Below are positions 32,760-43,600 of a stretch of 64,000 nucleotides of DNA, piece after piece; positions within the stretch are counted from its first letter, which is position 1, and each line of letters begins with the position of its first letter. Where the stretch lies: positions 3,744,001-3,808,000 of the forward strand of contig OZ252149.1 of assembly GCA_965248755.1 (NCBI GenBank), in the 5' to 3' direction. The position numbers and the translations under genes were made by a program. This stretch comes from Candidatus Latescibacterota bacterium (GTDB lineage: Bacteria > Latescibacterota > CBDEFO01). The notes below the pieces were generated by a model that was given only the letters and a program-made list of their open reading frames with translations, was not told the DNA's origin and made no database searches.

Positions 32760-33908
32760 ATGGATAAGATAAAGATCCTGCATCTTATAAATAGCTCAGA
32801 GGTCGGCGGGGGCCCCAGACACGTGCAGTTGTTGATCCGTGGTATGGACGGCAGAAGGTTCGAGAATATAGTCGGGTGCTCAGACGACGGGCCTATGGTC
32901 GCTGTGTTTAAGGAGATGGATGTGGAGGTCAGCGTTATAGATTTTGTGGATGGCCTCCATCCCGGAATGGGAAGAATGCAGCTCTGGATACTGGTGTCTG
33001 ATGTGCTCAGCGTAATCAGGAGCCAGAAAGTAGATCTGGTGCACGCGCACGGAACCAGGACGGGCATTTACGGGGGAATCGCTGCGAGGATAGCGGGGAT
33101 CAGGTGCATCTATACAGTGCACGCTTTGTCCGTGAGCTCTAAGAGGAGTGCTTTGGGAAAGATCCTGTGCTGGTTCATTGAGAGGACCTGCTGTTTTCTT
33201 GTGGATTTTGTGATTTCTGTCTCGGAAGTGAACAGACAGATTATGGTCAAGTGGAAAATTGTAAGAGAGGATAAGATCCAGACGATTAGGAACGGCATAG
33301 ACATAGACGAGCTGACCCCCGATTTAATCGGGGGGGACTTCGTGCCTACTGGAGATTTTGCGGATGGGAGAGCTGTTGTGGGGACTGTGGGAAGACTTGT
33401 ACCTCAAAAGGGGCAGGAGTATTTTATCCGGGCGGCAAAGATGGTGTTAGATGTCTATCCGGGCGTGGAGTTCCTGGTGGTGGGAGAGGGACCTTTAGAA
33501 GGGAGATTGAAGGGGATAGCAGTGGAGTTGAAAATTGACGACAAAGTCAAGTTTGCGGGCACAAGGAAAGATATAGCTGACGTGCTGAGGAAGATGGACA
33601 TTGTGGTGATGCCCTCTCTGTGGGAAGGGTTGCCGTATGTGGCTTTAGAGGCTTTAGGCGCAGGAAAGGCGCTGGTGGCGTCGGATGTAGGTGAAATCAG
33701 GGAGGTGGTTGAAGATGAGAGGACGGGGCTGCTTGTTAAGCCGAAGGATGTAAAGGGTCTGGCCGATGCCCTGATAGGTCTTTTGAAGGATAGAGATAGG
33801 ATAAACATACTAGGGACCGGGGGCAGAAACGCTGTAAGCGAGCGGTTCGATGTGAATGATGCGATAAAAGGGACTGTGGGGGTGTACGAGAGGGTTCTGG
33901 AATTGTAG
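32760..33908 (+). CDS. GT4-family glycosyltransferase
   Basis: GGGPRH, IRNGID, VGRLVPQKG and PSLWEGLPYVALEA motifs. Confidence 0.92.
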   Translation: MDKIKILHLINSSEVGGGPRHVQLLIRGMDGRRFENIVGCSDDGPMVAVFKEMDVEVSVIDFVDGLHPGMGRMQLWILVSDVLSVIRSQKVDLVHAHGTRTGIYGGIAARIAGIRCIYTVHALSVSSKRSALGKILCWFIERTCCFLVDFVISVSEVNRQIMVKWKIVREDKIQTIRNGIDIDELTPDLIGGDFVPTGDFADGRAVVGTVGRLVPQKGQEYFIRAAKMVLDVYPGVEFLVVGEGPLEGRLKGIAVELKIDDKVKFAGTRKDIADVLRKMDIVVMPSLWEGLPYVALEALGAGKALVASDVGEIREVVEDERTGLLVKPKDVKGLADALIGLLKDRDRINILGTGGRNAVSERFDVNDAIKGTVGVYERVLEL

Positions 33909-33931
33909 ATCTAAGAATGTAAGGGTTTACG

Positions 33932-34022
33932 CTGAAGGAAAATCCTTCAGAGATACTGTTGAAGGAAAATCCTGCTGAAGGAAAATCCTTCAGAGATACG
34001 TTGAAGGAAAATCCTTCAGAGA
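33932..34022. repeat. Four tandem copies of a palindromic unit (C/T)TGAAGGAAAATCC(TTCAG)
   Basis: Copies near 33932, 33959 (partial), 33975 and 34001. Confidence 0.8.
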
Positions 34023-34032
34023 GAGAGGGAAC

Positions 34033-35512
34033 GATGCGGCAGGTAATTCTTATTCTATGGATTGAATTATTTGCCATTTTTTTTAGTATTTTTGTAGCGA
34101 ACGCTGCCGTGCATGAGTTTAGGGCGTCGGTGCGGATTCCGCTTCATCACTGGTCTTATGACGTCCTTGAAAGGTTGGCTACCGAGGGGCTTGTAGATAG
34201 GATGATGATTGGACATAAGCCTCTGAGGAGACGTGATGTGGCAAGAACTGTTCTGAATCTTTCAACTATAAAGGACGAAATATCAAAGGGAAACAGTGTC
34301 CTGGTGAGGAACTTGGAGAGGGAGTTCAGGGTTGAGATTGAGGGTATCAGAGCCGAAAAGGAGAGCTTTCTTGGGGAATTTCATATAAGGCCTCAGTTTA
34401 CAGTAGGCGGATGGACTAGAGATTTTGTGAATAATCTGGACAGTTATCGGCTATTCGATTTTCAGGAGGGGACGAATCTAGGGCTGGAGATACCTTTAGG
34501 GTTGAATATCGGGGATAGGACTTCGATTTTCCTGTCGCCTTATGTATTGTGGAACGAGGACACAACAGAGGCCAGGCTTAGAACGGCTTATGTGGATGTA
34601 GACCTCTGGGGTATGGATATTGAGGTGGGGATAGACGAGTTGTGGTGGGGTCCCGGGTATCACGGCGATTTTGTCATAACGGATAATGCTGACCCGTTTT
34701 TTTTGGGGCGAGTTTCCAGGATGTTTGAAGAGATCAGGGCCACAGTTGTAGTAGGAGCGGTTAAGACTGCACAGGAAGGTAGGGGGGATGTAAATGCGAC
34801 TCTGGGTGGGATGAGGGTGGAGTGGTCGTACAGAAATAGACTATTTTTGGAGGCGAGCCTGGGATCGGTCTTCGGGGGAGGGAGTGCAAATCAGGTCGGT
34901 GAGTTCGGAGGTGCCTGGTACGTTGCAAATGGCGTGAAGATATACGCAATAAGCGGGGGAGACGATCTGTGGGAGTCGGGTGTGAAGAGGAGGTCTTTCC
35001 CCTGGGGCAAAAAAAACGGTCGCATATCAGGGATATATCTGAGCGATCCTCTGCAGGACGGGAAGACGGATTTCAGGGTGGAGCTGGCGGTGTTGGAGGA
35101 ATTGGAAGGAAGGGAGGATAATTGGTACTTTGAAAGGGGAAGGGATTACTTTCATAAAGGGAGTATTTTGGGACATCACCTGGGCAGGAGAGGAATTGGG
35201 GGCACAAGGAGGAGGAATGAGCGGGATTTCTTTTTGAAGATAGGACATCAGTTATCGAGCGATTTGAGGGTAGAGGCGCAGTACAACAGGGAGTCGTCGG
35301 ATGTATCGGTTACACAGCCCATAGAGATAGAGTTCAGAGAATTTATAAGCTTCCTTTCGTTGGATGTTATGTATCAATCGAGCCGGAAGGTGAATCTGTA
35401 TTTTGCTGGGAGGTTCTTCCCAGTTTTAAGGCAGGTGCTGCAAACAGGGGCAGTGGATGTGGACCAGAAAGATTTCATGTACACTATTACCGCAGAGTAT
35501 ATGCTCTTTTAG
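34033..35512 (+). CDS. wzi: Capsule assembly Wzi-family outer-membrane protein (ORF track start 33959)
   Basis: Signal peptide; HWSYDVLERLA..G...KPLRR; LWWGPGYHGDFVITDNA; terminal Phe. Confidence 0.7.
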
Positions 35513-35804
35513 CCCGATTAATTCATAAACTTGGTGGAGTCATTGCGAGGCGCAAAGCGGTCCCCGATTGAGTCTATCGGGGAAGCAATCTCAAGGTTTT
35601 ATAGTGGTCTCCTATGAGAGCCGGAGAGTATTACATCTGCCACAGAATCGGGATTGCTTCGCCTTCGGCTCGCAATGACACCGAAGGTGGTTAAACGGCA
35701 TAACTATAATATAATACAATCCCTTAATTAATACACGGCTTTTTTTGTGAATTATTGGGGTTAAAGGCGATTGGCTATCTATTTTTTATTTTTTGCATAA
35801 TTAG

Positions 35805-35992
35805 GGGATTTTTTTGTTGACATCTGGTTTATTTTATCTTATCTTGTGACTTGTATCACAGCACAGATGTCGGGGTTTGGTTATCTTTAAGATGTGCAGG
35901 TTATATTTTTTGCCAAATTCGGGATTTTTTTGTTGACATCTGGTTTATTTTATCTTATCTTGTGACCTGTATCACAGCACAGATGTCGGGGT
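35805..35992 (+). promoter_or_regulatory. Tandemly duplicated 72-bp promoter/operator unit
   Basis: 35805-35876 and 35921-35992, each TTGACA-17 nt-TATCTT overlapping TGTGA-N6-TCACA (35845-35860 and 35961-35976). Confidence 0.8.
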
Positions 35993-36576
35993 GTAGTTAT
36001 ATTTTGTGGACAATCACTCAAAGTTAGATAATGTTCTATCACGAAGGGAGGAGAGAACATGCGCAAAAAGGTAAAGATCCTGAAAGATTCTGGGTTGATC
36101 TTAGCTCTTAGCATCTTTATAGGTGCTTGGGAGGCGTCGGCCGGTCAGATCCCTGAGGAGACTATGGATTCTATAACCGATACAATCTCCTTTGACGCTG
36201 TGGGGGACAGGGCAGCAATTCAGATTGGGATAGATACGGTTGCGGTTAACTCAGGGGCGACATTGAGAGATAGTCTGTTGTCTGTGAGCTATTATTGTCT
36301 ATTTATCTCCTTTTCAGGACTATAATCTGTGCGGCTTTTGCTCCCAGCGTGATAGCCGCGGCTTGTTCTAGCCGCCGTATTGCAGATATAAACTGCTTGG
36401 GTGAACAGCTCTTCAGTTCCTGACCATAGTAACACCCCCGAGTTTCTTCATAGGTCTACCCAGGTCTTTTCCAAGATCTTGTCCCAGGCACTTTTATTGA
36501 GAGTATAAAAGAAATTTCTACTTAACCTATGATTCAAGAGGAGAGATACGCTAACATCTATCGAGTATATCAATTC

Positions 36577-36665
36577 TGGTGCCGAAGCCGGGAGTCGAAC
36601 CCGGATGGACGTTAAAGCCCGCGGGATTTTGAGCCCCGTGTGTCTACCAGTTTCACCACTTCGGA
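36577..36665 (-). tRNA. tRNA-Leu (anticodon CAA) with encoded CCA; U1-C72 mismatch
   Basis: TCCGAAG-TGGTGAAACTGGTAGACAC-A-CGGGG-CTCAAAA-TCCCG-long variable arm-CCGGG-TTCGACT-CCCGG-CTTCGGC-A-CCA. Confidence 0.9.
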
Positions 36666-36740
36666 ACCTGTATTCAGATCGTCCAAATATGCGGGTAAGC
36701 AGCCAGCGCCAGACTGGAATGTCTGACGCGACACTTTGAA

Positions 36741-37232
36741 TCAAAAACTATCAGCCCGATCATATCCAGGGGCGTTTGCCTTGCACGGTCCTATGATCTC
36801 TGAGAAGACGACCGCTTGTACTACGGATTTAGAGTTGAATCAAATCGGCAGACGCACAGGAGCTTTATAATCTCCTTTTTCTGCCCTTCCCCACTCGGGA
36901 GACTTGGCAGGTTTTGAAGGTGCAGCGTGCACAGCGGGTCGAACGACCACTTCGGATTGTCCACTCGATTCTGGCTGAACATACCCTACAGTCTCTAACT
37001 TTTTAGTCCTCTCCCGCGCTAAAGTCTCCTGCTTGTGTATCTGATCTTCAGCTTCAAAATCGTATTCTTCTTCCATTTCATCCGCCGGCATTATATCCCG
37101 CTGTGCCCTGGCAATAGGAACAGCAGGCGGACCAGCTGCGGAATCTTCCTTCGCCTTTCTCTCCGCCTGCCGGATCTTGCTGAATATATAGGATATTACG
37201 ATGAGAATGATGACAAACCAGAAACTATCCAT
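36741..37232 (-). pseudogene. Single-TM membrane protein with an in-frame TGA at 36840-36842 (passenger DNA)
   Basis: MDSFWFVIILIVISYIFS...; after the TGA the frame continues FNSKSVVQAVVFSEIIGPCKA, resembling the SEI.GPP tail of YqfB-like proteins. Confidence 0.6.
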
Positions 37233-37274
37233 TACACGATCTTTCTTTTTTGAACTGCTTGTTACAGAGTCAAC

Positions 37275-38900
37275 CCGACATTCCCCATATCACATTCATG
37301 AGGGATTATATTTCGATACATTCTTGTTTCTGAATTAATATTACCACTTTTACATTTTTCAACAAGTACTTTTTTCAATTAAAATAGTATTTTCCTCTGA
37401 ATTATCACTTTCTTTGTGTTTAAATCCTCCAATTAGAGACACCTCTCCATCGACTCACAAAAAAATGTGGCAGTTTAAACAGAATAACATCGCAATCGTT
37501 CAATCCGGGATAATATTTCGGCAAATAACCTCTTGTCTATCCCAACCTCAGCCATTTGAAACGTAATATATCCGCTGTGTCTGACAATCTTCGCTCCGAT
37601 TTTGATAAATTTCACGAGGAGGCTGCGTAGTGACCAGTGTTTGATTTTCTTCGGAAGAACAAAACGTCGCAGGAAGTTGCCCAAGTTGTAAGCCAGAACA
37701 AACAGCCAGAGCCTCACCTGATTGGAGACGAAACGCTTGCATGAGAGTCGGGTCCAGTTCAGAGCATACTTGCCCTCCTTAATCCACTGCTCAGCTCTGC
37801 CACGGCCATTGTAGAAGTGTACCACGCCTTCTGGCTTGGCGCTCATGTTGGTCACGATAAATCCCACTCTTGGGAATAACTCCCCTTGGTGCCATTCAAC
37901 CTTGGCGACCACTCGCCTCGATTGATCCCAACTGGCCGCTTTATATTGAAATTCATATAACGATACAATCGGTTTCCTCGGCGGTCGTCCAACTGGCCGA
38001 GTCAGCAGGTATCGTATCTTTTCATAGAGTATCTCATTTGCGGGAAGCCGAATGGCATACAAATAGCCGTTTCCCTCCAGATAATCATAAATCTCAGGCT
38101 TTGCGAATGCAGCATCGCCTCGAAAGTATTTCCTATTCTTCTTGCTCTCGTATCTCTTGACGATCGGTTCCAGAACTTCCTTCCAACGATCAGCACTGTG
38201 AACATTACCAGAGCGAAGTAGGACTCCTTCACAATCCCCGAACTGATTGAAGCAGAACACTGGATGAAAACAGGTACATCCGAAATGACCGTTGTAAGCT
38301 GATCCTTCCTGCTGGCCATGTACCGGACTCTCCGAACTGTCCATGTCCAGAATGATTCGTTGATGCTGTGTTTTACTCATCGCTTTTTGAACCCACTTGC
38401 CATTGATATCTGACAAGTTTCTGAGATTGTCATGCTGAGTCAGTATATCAGTTTCAAAACGTCCTATCGTGTTGGAGCTGGCAGCTTGCCTGCCTTTGTC
38501 CTTCTTTCCGGTAATCGCTCGCATGACGGGATCAACGGATAATCGCTCGGCGTCATTTACATCTTCATATCCTGCAAGACGGCTGTATATCGATTGACGC
38601 AGGAGAGTAGATATATCATGTTGGATATTACGGCCTGTGCGTTTATCGGTAAAAACCGCTGATACCGAATCAAATAATCCCAGTGCGTAATCAAGGTCAC
38701 GATACGCAAGAAGTCCACCGTTTGATGTCACCTTTGCACCATGAAATTCAAGCTTTATTCCTCCATCAAAACCTACTTTCATTCTTTCACCCTCTGGATG
38801 ATCAATATTTATCCGCCATTTATGAGTCTTATTTATTGTAATATAACATGTTCTGGCGACTTTGACAACCATTTTTCGGGTCTAATATGGCGAATGGGGG
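37275..38900 (-). mobile_element. IS1380-family insertion sequence, copy 4 (plus 979-bp passenger 36296-37274)
   Basis: Same ends in reverse orientation; ATTAT at 36291-36295 and 38901-38905. Confidence 0.92.
37475..38872 (-). CDS. IS1380-family transposase
   Basis: Protein identical to 3019..4416. Confidence 0.92.
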   Translation of the reverse strand: MVVKVARTCYITINKTHKWRINIDHPEGERMKVGFDGGIKLEFHGAKVTSNGGLLAYRDLDYALGLFDSVSAVFTDKRTGRNIQHDISTLLRQSIYSRLAGYEDVNDAERLSVDPVMRAITGKKDKGRQAASSNTIGRFETDILTQHDNLRNLSDINGKWVQKAMSKTQHQRIILDMDSSESPVHGQQEGSAYNGHFGCTCFHPVFCFNQFGDCEGVLLRSGNVHSADRWKEVLEPIVKRYESKKNRKYFRGDAAFAKPEIYDYLEGNGYLYAIRLPANEILYEKIRYLLTRPVGRPPRKPIVSLYEFQYKAASWDQSRRVVAKVEWHQGELFPRVGFIVTNMSAKPEGVVHFYNGRGRAEQWIKEGKYALNWTRLSCKRFVSNQVRLWLFVLAYNLGNFLRRFVLPKKIKHWSLRSLLVKFIKIGAKIVRHSGYITFQMAEVGIDKRLFAEILSRIERLRCYSV

Positions 38901-39569
38901 ATTATGTCGTTGGTGTGCTTAATCCGTTTCTTGCCAAGGTCTTTGATCTAAGCGGTAGTGAACCGGGCGCGGAGTTGGTAAGTAAGACGATAGATCCTGC
39001 TGGAGGTCTCAGTCAGCTCACAGCGTCCGGATGGACAAGGTTTGAGGATGGCAGAGTCTCCTTGGGAATTACAAAGAATCAGCAACTGTTTCCAGCTATG
39101 GAGTTGTCCTCCGCTACGGGTCCTTCAATAGGTGGGATTAGCAGTCTTGACGCCGACGCAAGCTGGACCTACGATGACATCGCAGGGACGACTAAGTGGA
39201 GACGGGGCTCCGATTTTGTGGGGATCGCAGGGGACGGAGGATTTATGATACGGGCACTGACGGGTATCATGGGAGATGTGACGAAATTCGCGGGTCTTGA
39301 AAGGGGCACAGCAGACGGCGAGGTTGGGACGGAGGATCTGGACTTCGTAGTGGATGTAATCCTTCAGAGGACTTCAGCAACTGGTGTATCTGATGTACTG
39401 TCAGGGGCAGATGGGGTTACGCGGTTCCTTATGGATCCGGTGGACGGTGCAGGTGGAGGGGCTGACGGTACGATCAATCTCTTTGATGTCTTGTTAGTTG
39501 TAGATAGGCTCTAATTTCTAAAAGTTTACTTAAGGAGTTCCATCCAATTCTCTTTAGGAGGTAATCGCT

Positions 39570-40385
39570 ATGAAAAGATCGGTCAGAATGTTCGGTTGCG
39601 CTTTGATGATTCTTGCGGGATTTGTCTATTCTGCAGAGGCAGCAGACGTAAGTTTGAGCCTTCCTGATGTATCTGTGGAGCCCGGAGGAGTGGGAACCGC
39701 GGCAATTAAGATGGAAAATCTGGAAAGTGAGGTCTTGGGGGTTCAGATAGTTTTAAAATACGATCCTAATGTGGTAAAGACGATAAAGATTCAGAAGGCA
39801 GGTCGCACCGATCACATGGACGTTTTGGAAAGCAACGTAGTGGAGCCGGGGATTTTGAAGCTGCTGGTGTTTGATCTGGAGGGGGAGTCTATCTCAAAGG
39901 GCGAGGGAGATATAGTAAATGTGGAGTTTACCGTCTCACCGGATGCGTCGCTCGGAGGGGTGAGTCCGTTGGAAATTATCTTTACAGAGGATAACACCAA
40001 TACCACCCTGGCTGATCTGGATAGGTTGGCGATTAAGTCCCTACAGATTAAGGACGGTGCAATTACGATAGGTCAGTCGGAGGAAGCGGATGGGGAGGGC
40101 ATACCGGGCAGCTCTTCGCTTTTACAAAACTTTCCGAATCCCTGGAACCCTTCTACCGTCATCAAGTATCACATAGCCCAGGATGGGCACGTGAATTTAA
40201 GTATATATAACATTGCAGGACAGCTTGTTCGGAATCTGGTGGATGATACTAAAAAGGCTGGAAAGTACGATGTGCAATGGGACGGGAAGGACAATAGTGG
40301 CAGAGTTGTGACAAGCGGAGTCTATTTCTATAAGATCGCTGCTGAAAATTTTAAGTCCACAAGGAAGATGATACTTTTGAGATAA
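39570..40385 (+). CDS. Small secreted cohesin plus sorting-domain protein
   Basis: RBS AGGAGG; signal peptide; GVQIVLKYDP cohesin-like motif; LLQNFPNPWNPST...SGVYFYKI. Confidence 0.87.
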   Translation: MKRSVRMFGCALMILAGFVYSAEAADVSLSLPDVSVEPGGVGTAAIKMENLESEVLGVQIVLKYDPNVVKTIKIQKAGRTDHMDVLESNVVEPGILKLLVFDLEGESISKGEGDIVNVEFTVSPDASLGGVSPLEIIFTEDNTNTTLADLDRLAIKSLQIKDGAITIGQSEEADGEGIPGSSSLLQNFPNPWNPSTVIKYHIAQDGHVNLSIYNIAGQLVRNLVDDTKKAGKYDVQWDGKDNSGRVVTSGVYFYKIAAENFKSTRKMILLR

Positions 40386-40666
40386 CTCACGTGTGGTTCT
40401 ATCCGAAGACAGAGCGCTGGAGAGTGGGGGGAGTTTGATTGAGCGTTATCACTTCGGGGGTCGATAAACCTGAAAGGATTCAATTTACCAATTGAGTCTG
40501 GCTCTTGCCTTTGTAATTCTGCTCTGTGGATCGCTTCAGGATAGTCTACGGGGGTACGTTACGGAAGTTTCTGGGATTGGAAACAGGGCAGCATGCTGAT
40601 TTTGTTAAGAGAGGTAAGAAGCCAGATTTGTTATTTACCTTCGTTGTTCAGGGAGGTTACACCCTT

Positions 40667-43600
40667 ATGAAAAAAATCGTATTTATGGCTGTCCTTTTGC
40701 CTTTATTAAGTTTGGCGGCCGGCGCCTACGGACAAAATGCTGTGTTGATAATTGAGGACGTGCAGTTAGGCGCTTCAACGGTTAGTTCGGTGGATGTTCC
40801 TGTAGTGTTCAGTAACATAGATGCAGGCCCATCGAGGGGATTCCAGGCTTTAGTAGAGTTTGATACGACTGCCTTCTCTGTAGATACTGTCCTTATAGCT
40901 TCTTCCCGGTTGACTGATCTAAGTTTTGATGCACTATTTAACGTTCAGGATAACGGCCGTCTAAACATCTTAGTCTTCAGCGCTATCTCCAGCGACCTCA
41001 TAGCTGTAGGGGTTGATACTGCGGTAACTATAAGGTTCGAAGTGCTTGCCGGGGCTGCGTTCCCTGAAAATGTGGATTTTGTGGGCGATGGCACCTTTGT
41101 CTCGGATGCTTCGGGCATTAAGACCTCTGTCATATTGGACAACGGTGTTATCTTTGCCGCTCCTGCTTCTTTGAGTATTCCTGATGTGCAGTTGACTTCC
41201 GGGGATACCGCCGTCGGGGTTCCTGTAGTCTTTGACAATATCAATGCGGGTCCGTCCAGGGGGTTTCAGGCTTTTGTGAAGTACGATACGACCAAGCTTT
41301 CTGTAGCTACTGTGACAGTGATTTCTAACAGGCTGAGTGATGCTGGTTTTGACGTTCAGTTTAACGTTCAAAGCGATGGGATTTTGAATATTCTGGTGTT
41401 TAGTCCTGAGGCGGACAGTTTGATAGCCACAGGCTCCGACACTGCGGTGAACGTAAGTTTTGATATAGTTTCAGGTGCAGCATTTCCTGACAGCGTTAAG
41501 TTTGCCGATGGGACGGTTGTGTCTGATGCTAATGAGCGCAGTATTCCCGTCATACTGGACAACGGTGCTATCCTGCCACCTGGGGTTTTGCTGACTATTC
41601 CCGATGTGACTCTGGCTACGAGGACGGCCACTACTGTAGATGTGCCTATAGAGTTTGATAACACAGATGGGGACTCCTCAAGGGGCATGGAGTTAGTCCT
41701 GGAATTTGATACTGCGAAATTGTCAGTTGGTACTGTGACCATAGTTTCAGAAAGGTTGACTCCACTGAGCTTTATCGTGGACTTCCAGACTCAGGCTGAC
41801 GGCAGGCTGAAGATATTGTTATTCAGCCCGATCAGCGCTGAGGTAATATCGGTGGGGTCGGACACTCTATTGAATGTGAAGTTTGACATACTTTCTGGGG
41901 CGACCTTCCCCGATAGTGTGAAGTTTGCCGATGGGACTACTGTATCCGGGTCCACCGGACTTGCGGTGCCCGTGGTGACAGACAACGGGGCTATCTTACC
42001 CGCTGTCCTTATTCCTGCTTCTTTAACTATTCCCGATGTTCAATTGGTTTCTGGAGATACAATAGTTGATGTCCCTATAGTATTTGACAATATCGCTGCG
42101 GGTCCGTCGAGGGGGTTTCAGGCCTTTGTGCAGTACGATACGACCAAGCTTTCGGTGGATAGCATGACTGTGGTTTCCAGCAGGTTGACGGACGCCCTTT
42201 TTGATGCGCAGTTTAACGTTCAGGCCGATGGGGTCTTAAATATTGTTGTGTTCAGCCCTGAGGCGGACAGTTTGATAGCAGCAGGTTCGGACACTGCGTT
42301 GACAATAAGTTTTGCTATACGTGCGGGTGCCGTATTTCCTGACAGCGTGAAGTTTGCCGATGGGACGATCGTGTCCGATGCTGATGGGCTCAGTATCCCC
42401 GTCATATTGGATAACGGGGCTATCCTACCGCCTGTGCCTACGGTAGCGGTGAGTCCTGCAGCGATAGATTTCGATAGTGTGACGGTGGGAACTACGAAGA
42501 AGGATACTCTTATCGTGATCAGCACAGGGACCGGTACGCTTCAGTTGGACAGCCTTGTGTTATCCGGTAATTCGGTCTTTTCGGCTCCTTCTGGTCCGTT
42601 TGCCATAGCTCCCGGCGAAAGTCTTGAGGTAGAGGTGACGTTTACTCCCGATACAACGAGGGTTTTTAGCGACACTTTGACTTTATTCAGCAATGCGACT
42701 AACGATCCCAGCGTGAAGGTGCCTTTAGCGGGAACAGGTTCAGGCTTCCCGGCCATAGACGCTGCGCCCGATACGCTGAACTTTGGGAATGTGGCCGTGA
42801 ATTCCTCAAAGAGGGATACCGTCGTGGTCAAGAGTGTGGGCTCGATTTTGCCTCTTGAGATTGACAGTATAGCCGTGACGTCTGGAGATGCTGTGTTCTC
42901 GATTGCTGGGATTGTGGACATAGGGGACAGCAGTATAGCTGTCGGAGATAGTTTCAAGGTTGCGGTCGCTTATAGTCCGACAGAGACCGGTCTTGATGCG
43001 GGAGCTTTGACTATATTCAGCAATTCCGTTAGCGATCCGAACTTGGAAGTGAGATTGACGGGAACCGGTGTAGCCCCAGACATAAATGTGTCTCCTCTTG
43101 CTATCGATTTTGGTTCTGTGGAGGTTGGCAGCACTTCGGATAGTCTGGTGGTGATCAGTAACCTGGGGGATGCGGATCTGACGCTTGGGACTCTAATAGT
43201 GGCCGATAGTGTCAATTACTCCTTCAGTCCTGATCTTTCGGGGGCAATTATTCCTCCTTCGGGGAGCGATACCTTGGTCGTGACGTTCAAGCCTCAGAGC
43301 ATAGGGGCATTTCCCGCGGTGTTGGCGATCCCAAGCGATGATCCTGACGCTCTTGAGGATACTGTGTTAGTGAATCTGACGGGTGTGGGTCTTGCACCTG
43401 ACATAGATGTATCTCCTGTTGCCATAGATTTTGATACTGTTGTGGTTGGGGGTTTGAAAAAAGATACGCTGATCATTGCAAATACAGGTAATGACACTTT
43501 GGTTTTGGGCACTCTGTCCAAGATCGGCGCCAATCCGCTTGCTTTCACCTTTGCTCCTATTCTTGCTAATGTTTCCGGTTCGGCTGTTGCCCCTGGTGAG

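Larger units (their letters stand above)
36059..39514 (+). pseudogene. Secreted protein with C-terminal dockerin-like domain, split by IS copy 4 plus passenger
   Basis: 36059-36295 plus 38906-39514 is 846 nt in frame: ...LLSVSYY|VVGVLNPF...GDV...DGEVGTEDL...DGTINLFDVLLVV. Confidence 0.83.

Noticed and set aside
36577..36665. tRNA as an integration site of a genomic island
   Set aside because: No integrase and no duplicated tRNA 3' end; the tRNA lies inside IS passenger DNA.
36840..36842. Selenocysteine or genetic-code reassignment of TGA
   Set aside because: No redox motif context is visible and TGA serves as a normal stop elsewhere (for example tsaD and gene 18629).
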